Shown: piece after piece, positions 12,501 through 21,037 of the stretch | Position numbering within the stretch: position 1 is the first letter of the stretch | Layout of the letters: the number at the start of each line of letters is the position of its first letter | DNA from: a virus | Virus record (IMG/VR): IMGVR_UViG_3300025929_000001 | Coordinates: 31,418-95,417 of that record | Strand: one strand, 5' to 3' | DNA length: 64,000 bases | Notes under the pieces: model-generated | Seen by the model: only the letters and a program-made list of their open reading frames with translations | What the model was told of the DNA's origin: nothing | Databases searched by the model: none | Program-made: the position numbers and the translations under genes

Positions 12501-14034
12501 TAAGGGTATCTCCGCTTTTGTCATGGCTACACCAAGCACGAACCCTGTGCCTACAGGTTTTGTGTTCGCGCAAAGCTATCAAGACTGGTTGACGTCAGAC
12601 AACGCTGCACGCTGCTTGCTGGTCGAAGTCTCGGTACTGGATAGCGGTGGCAATCCGCAAACGATCTTCCTGTCCAGCACTGGTTACGTCACGAGCCCAA
12701 CCGACAGCCCTGCTAACGTCCACTATCTGCCAGTGGTGTCCAATGGCGTTAGCTTCTCGGAGAAGTTGGCAGTTGACTCCGCACAACTGTCTTACGGTGA
12801 CATCGAGCTCGACAATAGCTCCGCTGAGCTCGACCCATACCTGTCGTATGTGTGGGCAAACAAAGCAATTAAGATTTACTCCGGTGACGTGCGTTGGTCG
12901 CGTTCGCAGTTCCAGCTGATCTTTACGGGCTTGGTCGAGAATATCGACAGCAGTTCGCGCACTACGCTGAATCTGAAGCTGCGTGACAAAATGCAGCAAC
13001 TGAACACGCCGCTGACCGATGTCAAGGTAGGCGGTACGTCGCAGTTTAAAGACTCACTGATACCATTGGTGTTCGGCGAAGTACACAACATGACGCCGGT
13101 TCTGGTCGACGCAGCATTGCACACCTACCAGTTCCATCAACGTCGTGCAAACTATGTAATCGAAGTTCGCGACAATGGTGCACCAGTGGTTGTGACCTCT
13201 GATCCATTTATCGGCATGTTCCAGTTGTCGGGTTCGCCAGCGGGTGCGATCACTTGCAGCGTGCAAGGCGATATGCCCAATGGTGTGTGGCCAGTGACCG
13301 TTGCTAGCATCATTAAAACAATCGTCACGAGCTTTGGTAAAGCTAGCACGCGCTTGACCCTTGCAGACATCGACACCGCTAACTTCGATGCGTTCGACGC
13401 AGCAAACCCGCAACCTGTCGGCTTCTGCGCCACAAACACCATCAACGTAATCGACGCTTGCCAGCAGCTTGCAGCGACGGTTGGCGCTCAGTTGATGTTC
13501 AACCGCCTTGGACTGCTGCAACTGGTGAAGCTGCAAATTCCGGGTCTGGGTACGCCGCAAGCAATTGGGCCAGCAGACATGTTGACGCATACGCTGCACG
13601 TTGCAGCTAGGCCTGACATCCAAGCTGCGGTGAAGCTTGGTTACTGCAAGAACTGGACTGTTCAAGCTAACCTGCAAACCGGCATTCTGGAAGAACACAA
13701 AGCTCGCTATGCGACCGAGTGGGACACCAAGACGGTTGTGAATTCCACGGTTGCAGCTACATACAATCTGGACGTTGAGCCTACCCAACGCGACACAATG
13801 TTCCTGCGTTCATCTGAAGCTGAGGTCGAAGCCAACCGTCTGTTGTTCATAATGGGCGCTGCAAGAACTGTGTATGAGTTCACCGGTTTGCCGATCTGCC
13901 AAAACCTGTATCTGGGCCAGGCGGTAACACTCACACACGGTCGGTTCGGTTTGGATACCGGAAAAGCGGGAGTTGTGGTAGGATTAGACCCGGACTGGTT
14001 AACCGGCCGCGTTGTAGTCCAAGTCCTCATATAA
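6580..14034 (+). CDS. Giant multidomain tail protein: beta-helix, CBM/LamG-like domains and three SwmB-like repeats fused to a C-terminal ~490-aa tail hub/tip domain
   Basis: 2484 aa directly after the TMP. It has parallel beta-helix-like repeats (ITIENNTFV, SIRNNVY), two duplicated NALGAKV..FYP.NG.DGEI domains, three V.LGYTRP.AP.GFA..GN.YL repeats and Gly/Thr linkers. The C-terminus (YQDWL...RCLLVEV...LVFGEVHN.TP...VVGLDPDW.TGRV) resembles siphovirus tail-tip proteins. Confidence 0.8.
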   Translation: MADVIRTVTDNASFQAACNTANGFDCVGQAANFRIQLTNSFVPSGISVGAGTSSDDYKVIVEAAPGMGHADLANTGAYNYGNQGIELTLNNDSAIIAHSGVWFHNLRITSNAYHGFLAQSGGNGVLPRINECKVRCEAYGAIGIQAYQSLEVYSSLFVRSSTSGGPLIDGSWSLTAFFSTFVLLPGATAEKAHSGGWGGQYSVLIDNLYVGFANPYDGSFWCVNNYSNYGSANNCTVVSNIVVDTSNDFRAGSSVRGLGTSEMISTLDGRGNNRGNFPDPGAVMYNPAEAAAIPTITSQTFSNGTLTLSGTYTNNATGGLLVVDPLYRTAGVPRQQTSSISINSGNKTFSVTLSGMPREIYRVPVMRLSNTGGLGPKATVGVSAITNYVALGANPTPPPTILQPNRWQPAWSSSTNLGDRKVEHRRNGQVLATYGELGDLLGPDQRYGGTQFPLLPGDEILVYPARYYKAVWFGMPSGGAGGNSSSPLTGVTVRGLTINGERPVIWWKYLDGTEGQYGYAKGNGAIYGTGVVYVGYTGDGCVWDNIDIIDVDGWTGKSLLYINNGVEGMVTFKNMRVMGAIISGHNGILSAHGTRCGLTFENVETAYLGGGATTPPDINEALAHGYYITRHEPNAQGVYPQINFKGCYFHHGWYGHLLKVRNPQLTVEGCYFMGVNSKAFGDSLTPDFWRMPQSGAAPSVNDSAEVSNLDMPNGGTLTFINNVVVKNYTGRDVGIFCLNWGAESNIGWSGGEAGVDGKITIENNTFVAMSNKVRVEGSSGSAVPPVPLGFSNGQDHPTSDTWPHDRVPVSIRNNVYAGFVDESWKEPSAQILTIDQINLPGRDSGVPFSPKVTQGSIGTNGGQGRPMYAHRTSWATRTDTNKGGVGDFQSTLSATGNGTGQLPMITPFRNTDAQALSGGQNGAVAYPLQYEWSVTGSSAVTVNSGTAGAQADEVVPSGSSGGTGGTGGGGTTPPDTGGGTTGAPTNTTQASGAPVNFTAAKLWSFDTDTQGWVMEGYGSPSGGPNVFDVQMGTLRVFPNYADNVIKSPGSLGVNGAANPKVQVSVKRVNGSTWEGGLRWITTTDSNWDDVKYKQVNNTINSSGYTTLDWDMSTMTNWTGGTISQIRLDLGVSLDDEFFVDWIAIGAAAASGGGTNPPGSTTGTVTVDRTNALGAKVIAFYPLNGSDGEIVSGLPLTLVAGTYVTDATYGKVLQGSTDQVGATINLDLSTKNQISFSFRAKNIGEKDIFQHGGNWQLNENGGAIMVSGNFGGEYIAGVNHGRNGYAGTGFPHPGVDSAAWNYHIITLDNTNKPEPFATWMVNGTELTEWNSFGTSGTSFKSGLLEIMKTSGGQIQNLTFFDGILSSAERTSLNTNPSQYYKVNVTNPGGGTGGGTGGSGTVTINTSNALGAKVLKYFPFNGVDGEIISGNSLNVNSNGLFITDSTYGKALQLNGAGPAATVNVDLSGHNTITLAFRAKNITNASLIQHVGDPYNANYTTEHGFLVRGRDTEINNTNFFVTNHGSGWSATHFNYDYRNLDDTGWHYHIVTLINTLEGVPHGTWYTDGVANTVNGGYGSAGYKFINGLMSFLLTGGAAIQNLAIFADTLTSAEITSLSNNPAQLVNVATTEGPGFSISSAVIPDNARNTIVLQLGASLDTTHAAPAFSQWSITNHTVTSYTYPNGANSFIVTLIMNSEFAYGDVVKLSYTRPTAPAGFATTGNSYLVNTTNFSVTNAIAAPAVGEGAAISVVSATITNANTNAIVVVLSGNIDTSHAAPPFGQWILTGRTVTGYSYPNGTSGNTVQLTVSGAAFAYGDVVTLGYTRPSAPVGFAAAGNSYLASFSNLAVTNSIPSGSGTSEGTPITILSATVNNSSPGSVSVVLSDFLDRSHADPAYGQWAVTGHSVTAYEFDQTNANKLNLVLNSPVVYGTTLSLGYTRPTAPAGFAASGNRYLSTFSGLSITNNVAYVYVPSDIPKGISAFVMATPSTNPVPTGFVFAQSYQDWLTSDNAARCLLVEVSVLDSGGNPQTIFLSSTGYVTSPTDSPANVHYLPVVSNGVSFSEKLAVDSAQLSYGDIELDNSSAELDPYLSYVWANKAIKIYSGDVRWSRSQFQLIFTGLVENIDSSSRTTLNLKLRDKMQQLNTPLTDVKVGGTSQFKDSLIPLVFGEVHNMTPVLVDAALHTYQFHQRRANYVIEVRDNGAPVVVTSDPFIGMFQLSGSPAGAITCSVQGDMPNGVWPVTVASIIKTIVTSFGKASTRLTLADIDTANFDAFDAANPQPVGFCATNTINVIDACQQLAATVGAQLMFNRLGLLQLVKLQIPGLGTPQAIGPADMLTHTLHVAARPDIQAAVKLGYCKNWTVQANLQTGILEEHKARYATEWDTKTVVNSTVAATYNLDVEPTQRDTMFLRSSEAEVEANRLLFIMGAARTVYEFTGLPICQNLYLGQAVTLTHGRFGLDTGKAGVVVGLDPDWLTGRVVVQVLI

Positions 14035-14055
14035 CCACACTTAATCGGGCGATCA

Positions 14056-16389
14056 ATGAGCGCAATTATTAATGACCGCGACGTCTGGCTTGAGTCCTTC
14101 TTAAGCCGGTTCGGTGTTTCCACTGTTCAGCCCGCTTCCGGGATTGGTTCGCTGCAAGCGTCTACAACCGGCGTCAACATTGCTGCGGCTAAGAAACTGG
14201 ACTTGGTCGCAACTACGCAAACATTCACGACGGCAAACGGCTCAACCGAACCGCCAGTGATTATTGTGTCGCCAACGCTGCGCAATCTGACAGGCACGCC
14301 GTCGTATAGTGTGGTCAGCGGGTCTGCTACGCTCAACGCGTCGGGCACTGGCGTACAGGTGTTCTTCAATTCAATGGGGAACAAGGTAACTATCAAGGGT
14401 CAGATTACAGACTCCGGTGTTACCTATATGGATCAGGTAACACTGGTGAAGCTTAGCAGCGGAACCGGTGTTACCACTCTCCTGACGAACGAGTACCATG
14501 CCTATCTTGCCGACACCTTTGGCAACATCTTCAATTACATGGGCGGCAGCGGCACGTTCCGGGTGTGGGACGGCACGTTCGAAGTCACCAATGCTTGCAC
14601 ATTCTCTGTCTTAACGAATACAAACAATCTGCTAGTAAGCATATCCAATATCGGTCAGTACGCTGTCACTGGTATGCCTAGCAACGTGGACAATGCGACG
14701 ATCACATTCCGCGCAGTCTATAAGACCGTCAACTACGACCTAACGCTCACGCTAGCAAAGCTCAAAGCGGCAGCAGGAAGTCCCGCTGATCCTACACAGT
14801 ACACGGCTGGCGGATTGCGCATACCTGTCAAGGTTAGTGCGCCTATTGGTGCGAGCTCCTGGAGCAATGCGACCGCAACTTCGTTGTTCTCGTCGGTTGG
14901 TGGCCCGGTGCTAAACGACGTCGTAACCGAGTACAATAATTCCACGAACCCACCATTCCAGGAAACTCGGTTCTACGCTAACAATACGTGGAACCTGCTG
15001 ACTGCGTCCATTGACGGCAACTTGCTTGTGAACGGTACGGTCGGTGCGGATAAGATTGCTGCGGGTTCCATTACTGCTGACAAGCTAGCTATTGGCGCAA
15101 TCAGTGTTAGCAATGCTCCGGGTTCGATTACCGGAACCATGATTGCGGACGGTACCATCACGACCGCTAAAATCGCAGCGAACCAGATTACTGCTGCGCT
15201 GATCGCAGCGAATACCATCACCGCGGATAAGCTCGCGATTGGTGTGGTCAACAGCACGCTTGGCCAACCCGGTACCATTACCGGGACGATGATCGCTGAC
15301 GGCACAATCACTACTGCTAAGATTGCAGCTAACTCCATTACCGCCGATCGTATCGCGGTTGGTGTTATTCCGTCCAGTACTGTAGGTCAACCGGGTTCGA
15401 TTACTGGTACCATGATCGCCAATGGTACGATCCTCACTGCTAACATCGGCGCGAACCAAATTACGTCAGCGCTGATCGCAGCGGGTACGATCACAGCAGA
15501 TCGCATTGCAGTAGGTGTGATCCCAAGCAGCAACGTCGGACAGCCTGGTTCCATCACCGGTACCATGATTGCCGATGGGACGATTACCACTGCCAAGATT
15601 GCAGCGAACCAAATAACCGCAGATAAAATCTCGGTTGGTAGCCTTGGTGCGATCTCTGCCAACATTGGCACTGTGACCTCTGGTTTCATCAAGGGTAATG
15701 TAATTGTCGGCGGTCCTGGATACACCACTACAAACTATCAATGGCCTGGAGATCAAGGAAATGGTGGATCTGCTGGCGGCTTCCATCTGAGCCCTGCCGG
15801 CCTTTTGATGGGCAATCCTAGCAGCGGCAGATATGTACAGATAACCGAGGGCGGTAATATCTACTGCCCGAACTTTAGCATTGTGAACGGCTCAGTCGGC
15901 ATCAACGGTAACGGTTCTTTCTCCGGCAACGTGTACGCTTACGACGGTTATTTTGCTGGCGACATCTCCGCTTCACGCGGTAATATTTCGGGTACTGCGT
16001 ATATTGCTGACGCTAGTATTCTAAACGCAAAGATCGGCAACCTGCAAGTCGATACAATTAAGATTGCAAATTCATCTGTTTCCAATATCTTAGGCTTTGG
16101 TGCAATCAACGTAGATGAATTTTGGGCGTACTACTTTGATGTCCCGGGAGATACGTTTGCAGCAATTCTAGTTTCATTTTATTCGAATACAACGGACTAC
16201 TTTGGGAATACGCTGGTTCAGTACGTCAGTGACGGTGGCGATAACCATGTCTTGAATAACTCAGGTAGCGGCTCGTTTACGCAACTGGCTTTCGTGCCGC
16301 CTGGACGGTATTATATTCGTATGCGGTCACAAGGTTACGCCACGTACCATCAGGAAAGCCTGACGCAAGTGATTATCTTAAAGAAATAG
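14056..16389 (+). CDS. Tail fibre / host-specificity protein with DGTITTAKIAA repeats
   Basis: 777 aa with four PG(S/T)ITGTMIA(D/N)GTI.TA.I repeats. The SIDGNLLVNGTV and YIADASILNAKIGNL motifs are typical of siphovirus fibre/J-like C-termini. Confidence 0.8.
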   Translation: MSAIINDRDVWLESFLSRFGVSTVQPASGIGSLQASTTGVNIAAAKKLDLVATTQTFTTANGSTEPPVIIVSPTLRNLTGTPSYSVVSGSATLNASGTGVQVFFNSMGNKVTIKGQITDSGVTYMDQVTLVKLSSGTGVTTLLTNEYHAYLADTFGNIFNYMGGSGTFRVWDGTFEVTNACTFSVLTNTNNLLVSISNIGQYAVTGMPSNVDNATITFRAVYKTVNYDLTLTLAKLKAAAGSPADPTQYTAGGLRIPVKVSAPIGASSWSNATATSLFSSVGGPVLNDVVTEYNNSTNPPFQETRFYANNTWNLLTASIDGNLLVNGTVGADKIAAGSITADKLAIGAISVSNAPGSITGTMIADGTITTAKIAANQITAALIAANTITADKLAIGVVNSTLGQPGTITGTMIADGTITTAKIAANSITADRIAVGVIPSSTVGQPGSITGTMIANGTILTANIGANQITSALIAAGTITADRIAVGVIPSSNVGQPGSITGTMIADGTITTAKIAANQITADKISVGSLGAISANIGTVTSGFIKGNVIVGGPGYTTTNYQWPGDQGNGGSAGGFHLSPAGLLMGNPSSGRYVQITEGGNIYCPNFSIVNGSVGINGNGSFSGNVYAYDGYFAGDISASRGNISGTAYIADASILNAKIGNLQVDTIKIANSSVSNILGFGAINVDEFWAYYFDVPGDTFAAILVSFYSNTTDYFGNTLVQYVSDGGDNHVLNNSGSGSFTQLAFVPPGRYYIRMRSQGYATYHQESLTQVIILKK
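15118..15630 (+). repeat. Internal tandem repeats of the tail fibre (4 units, ~41-50 aa)
   Basis: The repeated peptide GSITGTMIADGTITTAKIAANQIT is encoded with synonymous codon divergence. Confidence 0.85.
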
Positions 16390-16396
16390 GTGCAGC

Positions 16397-16960
16397 ATGG
16401 ACGAAACACCGGAAGTTCCATTCCCAGAAATGCCCGTCGTAAACCCCAACAATCGTCCAGATGATTGGGTGGCACCGCAACGACCGGTCGACATACCACT
16501 TGATCCGTCTGTAGTCATGCGGCCGTCTAAATATAACTGCTTGATTTATCATTACTATACGGGCGAAATACGCGGCAATTTTGACGTACCTTCGCCTGCA
16601 TTGGATGATTGGTTGGAATATCATTCGACAAACCATTTAATGTTCGCAGGTGATCCGCTGACGCAATATGTCGACATTGTAAACAAAGTCTTGATTGACC
16701 GTCCCGAGAATCCCGCAGCACTGGACGGTGGCTTTATTCGCAACGTACCATCTCCAACGATCCCCGCAGCTATTGCTGACGGTCCAATTGAAGGGGTACA
16801 ACTAAAGACAACCGTACTCGTTAGCGTCAACGGCAGCAACAAGTGGCAGTTCTTTGAAACAGAGGACGATGAAATCGAGTTGGACTTTGCACCGGGTAGT
16901 TATAAAGTCGAAATCCGCGCATTCCCATACAAGAACAAAATCATAGAGGTCACAATATGA
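16397..16960 (+). CDS. Putative tail fibre assembly/accessory protein
   Basis: Follows the fibre gene; the YTGEI, QYVD..LIDRP and YKVEIRAFPYK segments resemble tail accessory proteins. Confidence 0.55.
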   Translation: MDETPEVPFPEMPVVNPNNRPDDWVAPQRPVDIPLDPSVVMRPSKYNCLIYHYYTGEIRGNFDVPSPALDDWLEYHSTNHLMFAGDPLTQYVDIVNKVLIDRPENPAALDGGFIRNVPSPTIPAAIADGPIEGVQLKTTVLVSVNGSNKWQFFETEDDEIELDFAPGSYKVEIRAFPYKNKIIEVTI

Positions 16961-17325
16961 AGCTTACCATCCTGGACAATTCCTATAAAGAGCAAACATG
17001 GGAACGGCTGAAAGCTGTCCGGGACGCTGCGGAGTACGGCGGGTTCACATATAACGGCGCAGTGTTTGATTCAGATGAAACTAGCGTGCGTCGGATTACC
17101 GGCGCGGTGACGCTTGCAATGATTGCGCAAAGCACCGGCGAACCCTACAGCGAGACTTGGATTCTTGCCGACAATAGCACCATGCAGCTTGACGCCCAAG
17201 GTGTTATCGGGCTCGGTGTGGCCATGGGAGCACACGTCAAAGCATTGTTTGCACGATCGGTTGCAGCACGAATAGAAGTAGAAGCAGCAACGACCAAAGC
17301 TCAACTAGACGCAATTGTCTGGTAA
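16957..17325 (+). CDS. DUF4376-like tail fibre chaperone
   Basis: LKAVRD...GFTYNG.VFDSD..S..RI.G...W.LADN...LDAIVW pattern; ATGA overlap with the previous gene. Confidence 0.75.
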   Translation: MKLTILDNSYKEQTWERLKAVRDAAEYGGFTYNGAVFDSDETSVRRITGAVTLAMIAQSTGEPYSETWILADNSTMQLDAQGVIGLGVAMGAHVKALFARSVAARIEVEAATTKAQLDAIVW

Positions 17326-17345
17326 TAACCACACTAGGACACATC

Positions 17346-18152
17346 ATGCCGAACTTACGCATAGTCTCAAACAACCTTGCTGACACAGGCACGCTGTCTG
17401 GTACCACGGGCGCGGGTACGCTCGTGCTGGCTAACTTGAGAAAGGACGCTAAGAGCTTAGTGTGGCGAGTATCAGCAACGACCGCGACCATAACGCTTAT
17501 TCTGCCCACTTCGCAGCTGATCCGGTTTGTAGGACTTGCGTTCACTAATCTTACTGCAAACGCAACCATGTCTGTGTCTGGTGCGGGTAGCACTGTATCC
17601 GCACAAGCTTGTGTCCCTGCTGTCTATCCAAAGCCTTTTGATTGGGGTACTGCTGCAAACGGCGCAAATACATTCACGTATGGTGGCGGCAACTTTGCAC
17701 GTCTGTACTTCGCTGGTGGCTCAACTACTTCCATCACAATAACTATCAACGATCCGTCGAACCCAGACGGTTATATCGAAGCATCCCGACTTATCGTTGG
17801 CGACTATTGGGAACCAACATACAACGTCGACATCGGTGCTTCTGCTAATGTGGTCGACCAAAGCACCAACAATCGCAGCGATGCGGGCGACCTTATAACC
17901 GACCGCGGATCTCGCCACCGCACAATGACGGTTGCGCTCAGCACCCTTACCGCAGCAGATCGTTCTACGTTATACAAGATATTAAACGGTAACGGTATGA
18001 GCCGGGCGATGTTTGCTAGCGTCTATCCGCAGTCCGCAGATGGTGATTTGGAACGCGACCATCAAATGTATTGTAAGCTGAGTGAACTATCACAAATCTC
18101 TTACCAGTTTATTAATATGTTTAGCGGAAACCTTACATTCGAAGAAGTTTAA
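17346..18152 (+). CDS. Tail component (distal tail-like protein)
   Basis: 268 aa, MPNLRIVSNN...GYIEASRLIVGDYWEP...LTFEEV; a minor tail protein type with an AGGAC RBS. Confidence 0.65.
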   Translation: MPNLRIVSNNLADTGTLSGTTGAGTLVLANLRKDAKSLVWRVSATTATITLILPTSQLIRFVGLAFTNLTANATMSVSGAGSTVSAQACVPAVYPKPFDWGTAANGANTFTYGGGNFARLYFAGGSTTSITITINDPSNPDGYIEASRLIVGDYWEPTYNVDIGASANVVDQSTNNRSDAGDLITDRGSRHRTMTVALSTLTAADRSTLYKILNGNGMSRAMFASVYPQSADGDLERDHQMYCKLSELSQISYQFINMFSGNLTFEEV

Positions 18153-18165
18153 TTAAAACAAGTAC

Positions 18166-18194
18166 TTGCACTCTGCAAAAAGACGCTTTAAACT
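18166..18194 (+). promoter_or_regulatory. Sigma70-like promoter upstream of the lysis cassette
   Basis: TTGCAC-17 bp-TAAACT in intergenic DNA. Confidence 0.55.
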
Positions 18195-18298
18195 TCCGCT
18201 TAGTGACCATACATACATCTGTCATGTCATCAGTCTCTCGTAGCTTTATGACCTGACCTGCATCCTGCGGGTTGAAACTAACCCGTATAGGACGCAGC

Positions 18299-18628
18299 AT
18301 GACTCTCGACCAATCCTTCCTACTACCCGGACTTTTTGGCATTATCCTTTCATGCCTTTCTTGGTGGATCAATACCACCTGGGCCAAGGTCCAATCTCTC
18401 AGCTCAGAACTCGGTGCAGCAAAAGCTGACCTAGCTAACTTCAAGACTGAGGTTGCCCGGGACTGTGTGGCCAAAGCTGACCTCGAGAAGATCACAGACC
18501 GCATCTTCGACAAGCTCGATGAAGTTGGTAAAGAACTCAACCACATAAGTCGCAATCAAGCCCAAGTCAAAACACTTGCAGACGCTCTGCGGGATGTACG
18601 GCGCGATCGCGACGGACATAACGGCTAG
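18299..18628 (+). CDS. Putative holin-like membrane protein (N-terminal TM + coiled coil)
   Basis: One hydrophobic helix followed by a coiled coil, located upstream of the endolysin; start placed at MTLDQ after AGGA. Confidence 0.5.
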   Translation: MTLDQSFLLPGLFGIILSCLSWWINTTWAKVQSLSSELGAAKADLANFKTEVARDCVAKADLEKITDRIFDKLDEVGKELNHISRNQAQVKTLADALRDVRRDRDGHNG

Positions 18629-18636
18629 GAGCGATT

Positions 18637-19080
18637 ATGCCATACCGTCGAATTGTATCAGCTTGCGCCATAGCTGTAGGGGCTATCTCAACAGTCGCGG
18701 TTGTGACTGCGGGTTACAGCATCGCGGTTGACAAACCCTATTTGCAATATAAGAATCTGCCTTTCCCGACCAAGCAGCTAGCGGTGAAGGCTGGTCAGGT
18801 GATGCCGTTGCAAGTCGAAAGATGCAATACAGATTCTGTTCCGCACAATTACAGCACATCCCATGCGATGCAGAATCTCGTTACGCGTGAAAGCTATATT
18901 CTGCCGGAAGCAATTGTTAACATCATGCCAGGCTGTACGTCTTCCGAAAGTCGTGTAAACAGACTACCAGATAACGTCACACCCGGTAAATATCGTCTGT
19001 TTGGCATCGCAGAGATACAGGGTCGGTTTACTACCCATTTTGTCGAATGGCACTCACAACCTTTTGAGGTAGTCCAGTGA
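18637..19080 (+). CDS. Membrane-anchored lysis-cassette protein
   Basis: N-terminal TM segment and a beta-rich periplasmic domain with two Cys; AGGAG RBS. Confidence 0.5.
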   Translation: MPYRRIVSACAIAVGAISTVAVVTAGYSIAVDKPYLQYKNLPFPTKQLAVKAGQVMPLQVERCNTDSVPHNYSTSHAMQNLVTRESYILPEAIVNIMPGCTSSESRVNRLPDNVTPGKYRLFGIAEIQGRFTTHFVEWHSQPFEVVQ

Positions 19081-19559
19081 CTCCAAACATGTATGCTTTT
19101 CTTACGATGATTGCTTGCTCTGAAGGCACGCACGATCATCCGCTGACACACTGGCAAGGTTACGACGTAATTGTAACTGGTGTGGACAGGAAGCCGGAAA
19201 TCTTTACTGACTTTACAACGCATCCATTTGCCAAGCGTAAAGCTAAGCTGATTAACGCGCACGACGGTTTGTATTCAACCGCGTCAGGCCGTTACCAGTT
19301 CTTGTACAAGTATTGGGAGCATTACCGCGACCTGCTGAAGCTCAACGACTTCGGCCCGGTGTCACAAGACCGTTGGGCAATACAGCTAATCCGCGAATGC
19401 AATGCCATCTCACTAATTGAACGGGGTTTGTTCAAGCAAGCTGTGATTGCGTGCAATAGCCGTTGGGCGTCTTTGCCTGGTGCTGGATACAACCAGCACG
19501 AAAACTCGGTCGACAAGCTTGCAGTCATTTATGAAATTTGCGGAGGTAAGATAGCATGA
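19077..19559 (+). CDS. Endolysin, lambda R-type lysozyme/transglycosylase (GH104)
   Basis: AFL.MIA.SEGT, STASGRYQFL, DF.P.SQD and WASLPGAGY.Q motifs; GTG start. Confidence 0.93.
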   Translation: MTPNMYAFLTMIACSEGTHDHPLTHWQGYDVIVTGVDRKPEIFTDFTTHPFAKRKAKLINAHDGLYSTASGRYQFLYKYWEHYRDLLKLNDFGPVSQDRWAIQLIRECNAISLIERGLFKQAVIACNSRWASLPGAGYNQHENSVDKLAVIYEICGGKIA

Positions 19560-19816
19560 GCACAGTTTGCCTGAGATGCAAGAACCTTAGCTTGGTTTGC
19601 TCCTGCTCCAAAGAGCCATTGGCAGACCCGCAGATACCAGTTCGCGCCAAAGCTGCGGACGAAATGAAACCGCGCAAGTATGTGACCCAGGACCGGCTCG
19701 AGCTACTCGAGGAATTGAGCCGCATTGTTGAAGAGATTATCGAAGTTGAGGAGCGCGGCGAGATACTACTCTGCAAGCAAGAAGACATCCTCGAACTTTT
19801 AAGGAACACGCCATGA
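19556..19816 (+). CDS. Hypothetical protein (N-terminal CxxC...CxC)
   Basis: Coupled by ATGA overlaps; GGAGG RBS. Confidence 0.55.
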   Translation: MSTVCLRCKNLSLVCSCSKEPLADPQIPVRAKAADEMKPRKYVTQDRLELLEELSRIVEEIIEVEERGEILLCKQEDILELLRNTP

Positions 19817-20286
19817 AGAAGCTATTTGTTTTTGTCGCCCTATCCTTGTTGTGTGGTCATCTGTTTGCGGGTGAGCTGCCCGACGCTATTGTCACGCCTG
19901 GGTACACTAACCCGGACGTCACGCAAGAGAATATTGACGAAACGATTTGCGTTTCGGGTTACACCAAGACCATTCGGCCGACGACCAGCTACACCAATGC
20001 ACTCAAGCTCAAGCAGCTAACGGAACTGCCGTACATGTCCACCGAGCCCATGAGCGCATTCGAGGAAGACCATCTGATTAGCTTGCAGCTAGGCGGCAAC
20101 CCGGTCGACGAGCGCAACCTATGGCCACAGCCTTACGGCGGCGAGTGGGGCGCTCGTAAGAAAGATGTGTTGGAAACCAAGCTCAAGCGATTGGTGTGTA
20201 ACGGGGATGTCACGCTTGAAGAAGCCCAGCTTGCAGTCGCGCAAGACTGGATTGCAGCCTATAAAAAGTATGTGGGGAAGAAATGA
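19813..20286 (+). CDS. Secreted HNH-fold (His-Me finger) protein
   Basis: Signal-peptide-like N-terminus; EEDHLISLQLGG.P...NLWPQ...K motif. Confidence 0.65.
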   Translation: MKKLFVFVALSLLCGHLFAGELPDAIVTPGYTNPDVTQENIDETICVSGYTKTIRPTTSYTNALKLKQLTELPYMSTEPMSAFEEDHLISLQLGGNPVDERNLWPQPYGGEWGARKKDVLETKLKRLVCNGDVTLEEAQLAVAQDWIAAYKKYVGKK

Positions 20287-20753
20287 ATAAGATAATTGCA
20301 ATCATCGACCTGTTTCGGAAGGGGAGTCAAGTTGCTAACCCTGAAGTCTGGAAAGACAACACCAACCTCGGCCTTCTGCTTGGCGCACTCATTATGTCTG
20401 TGCTGTCCGCGCTTAAGATTTTCTTTGATATCGATCTTGGCATGGATCTCAATACTGCTAACAGCATCGGTGCAGGCTTCGGATGCCTTATCGCCTTTGT
20501 CGTCAATAACATTAGCTCCAAGCGAGCCGGTGTTTTGCCGTCCAAGAATCCCGAACACCCTATTGCAGTGCCTGACACTCCCGTACCTCACGGAGCCAAT
20601 GAACTTTATTTCGAGCATCCCGAGGAACACCCGAAAGCGATCCCTGAAATTCCAGAGGGATCGGCGGCAGCTCGCGGCGTACCAACTGCCGGGATGCCGC
20701 AAGTCGATGACGCCGCTCTTAAAGCAGCACTTAGAGCTCTCCGAGCTAAGTAA
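20283..20753 (+). CDS. Two-TM membrane protein (holin candidate)
   Basis: Two hydrophobic helices and a Pro-rich tail; lies in the lysis region. Confidence 0.5.
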   Translation: MNKIIAIIDLFRKGSQVANPEVWKDNTNLGLLLGALIMSVLSALKIFFDIDLGMDLNTANSIGAGFGCLIAFVVNNISSKRAGVLPSKNPEHPIAVPDTPVPHGANELYFEHPEEHPKAIPEIPEGSAAARGVPTAGMPQVDDAALKAALRALRAK

Positions 20754-20821
20754 TGAACTTAGCCTGGACGTTATAGACGGTATCAGTTTTTCTGTGAAGT
20801 GCCTTTACTAGGAGTCATAAA

Positions 20822-21037
20822 ATGCAATACGTTCTCATTATCCAATCTCTGCTGTCCCTGATCAAAGCAATCGAAGCTTTCATGCCCAATAGCTCGGGCA
20901 AGGAAAAACTCGACGCGGTGTTAGCTGCCTTGGAAGGCCTGTACGGTCAAGTCCCGAACGTGATCCCTGTGATCAACACGTTTGTGGCCACACTGCACGC
21001 CACCGGCATCTTCTCCAAGAAACCTTCAGGTGCCTGA
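20822..21037 (+). CDS. Small hypothetical protein
   Basis: AGGAG RBS; 71 aa, amphipathic. Confidence 0.6.
   Translation: MQYVLIIQSLLSLIKAIEAFMPNSSGKEKLDAVLAALEGLYGQVPNVIPVINTFVATLHATGIFSKKPSGA

Noticed and set aside
14056-16389. Diversity-generating retroelement target in the tail fibre
   Set aside because: No reverse transcriptase and no TR/VR pair differing only at adenines; the repeats differ at synonymous positions.
18200-18236. CUGAUGA on the - strand in the lysis leader
   Set aside because: It is antisense to local genes and lacks the GAAA/stem III half of the core.
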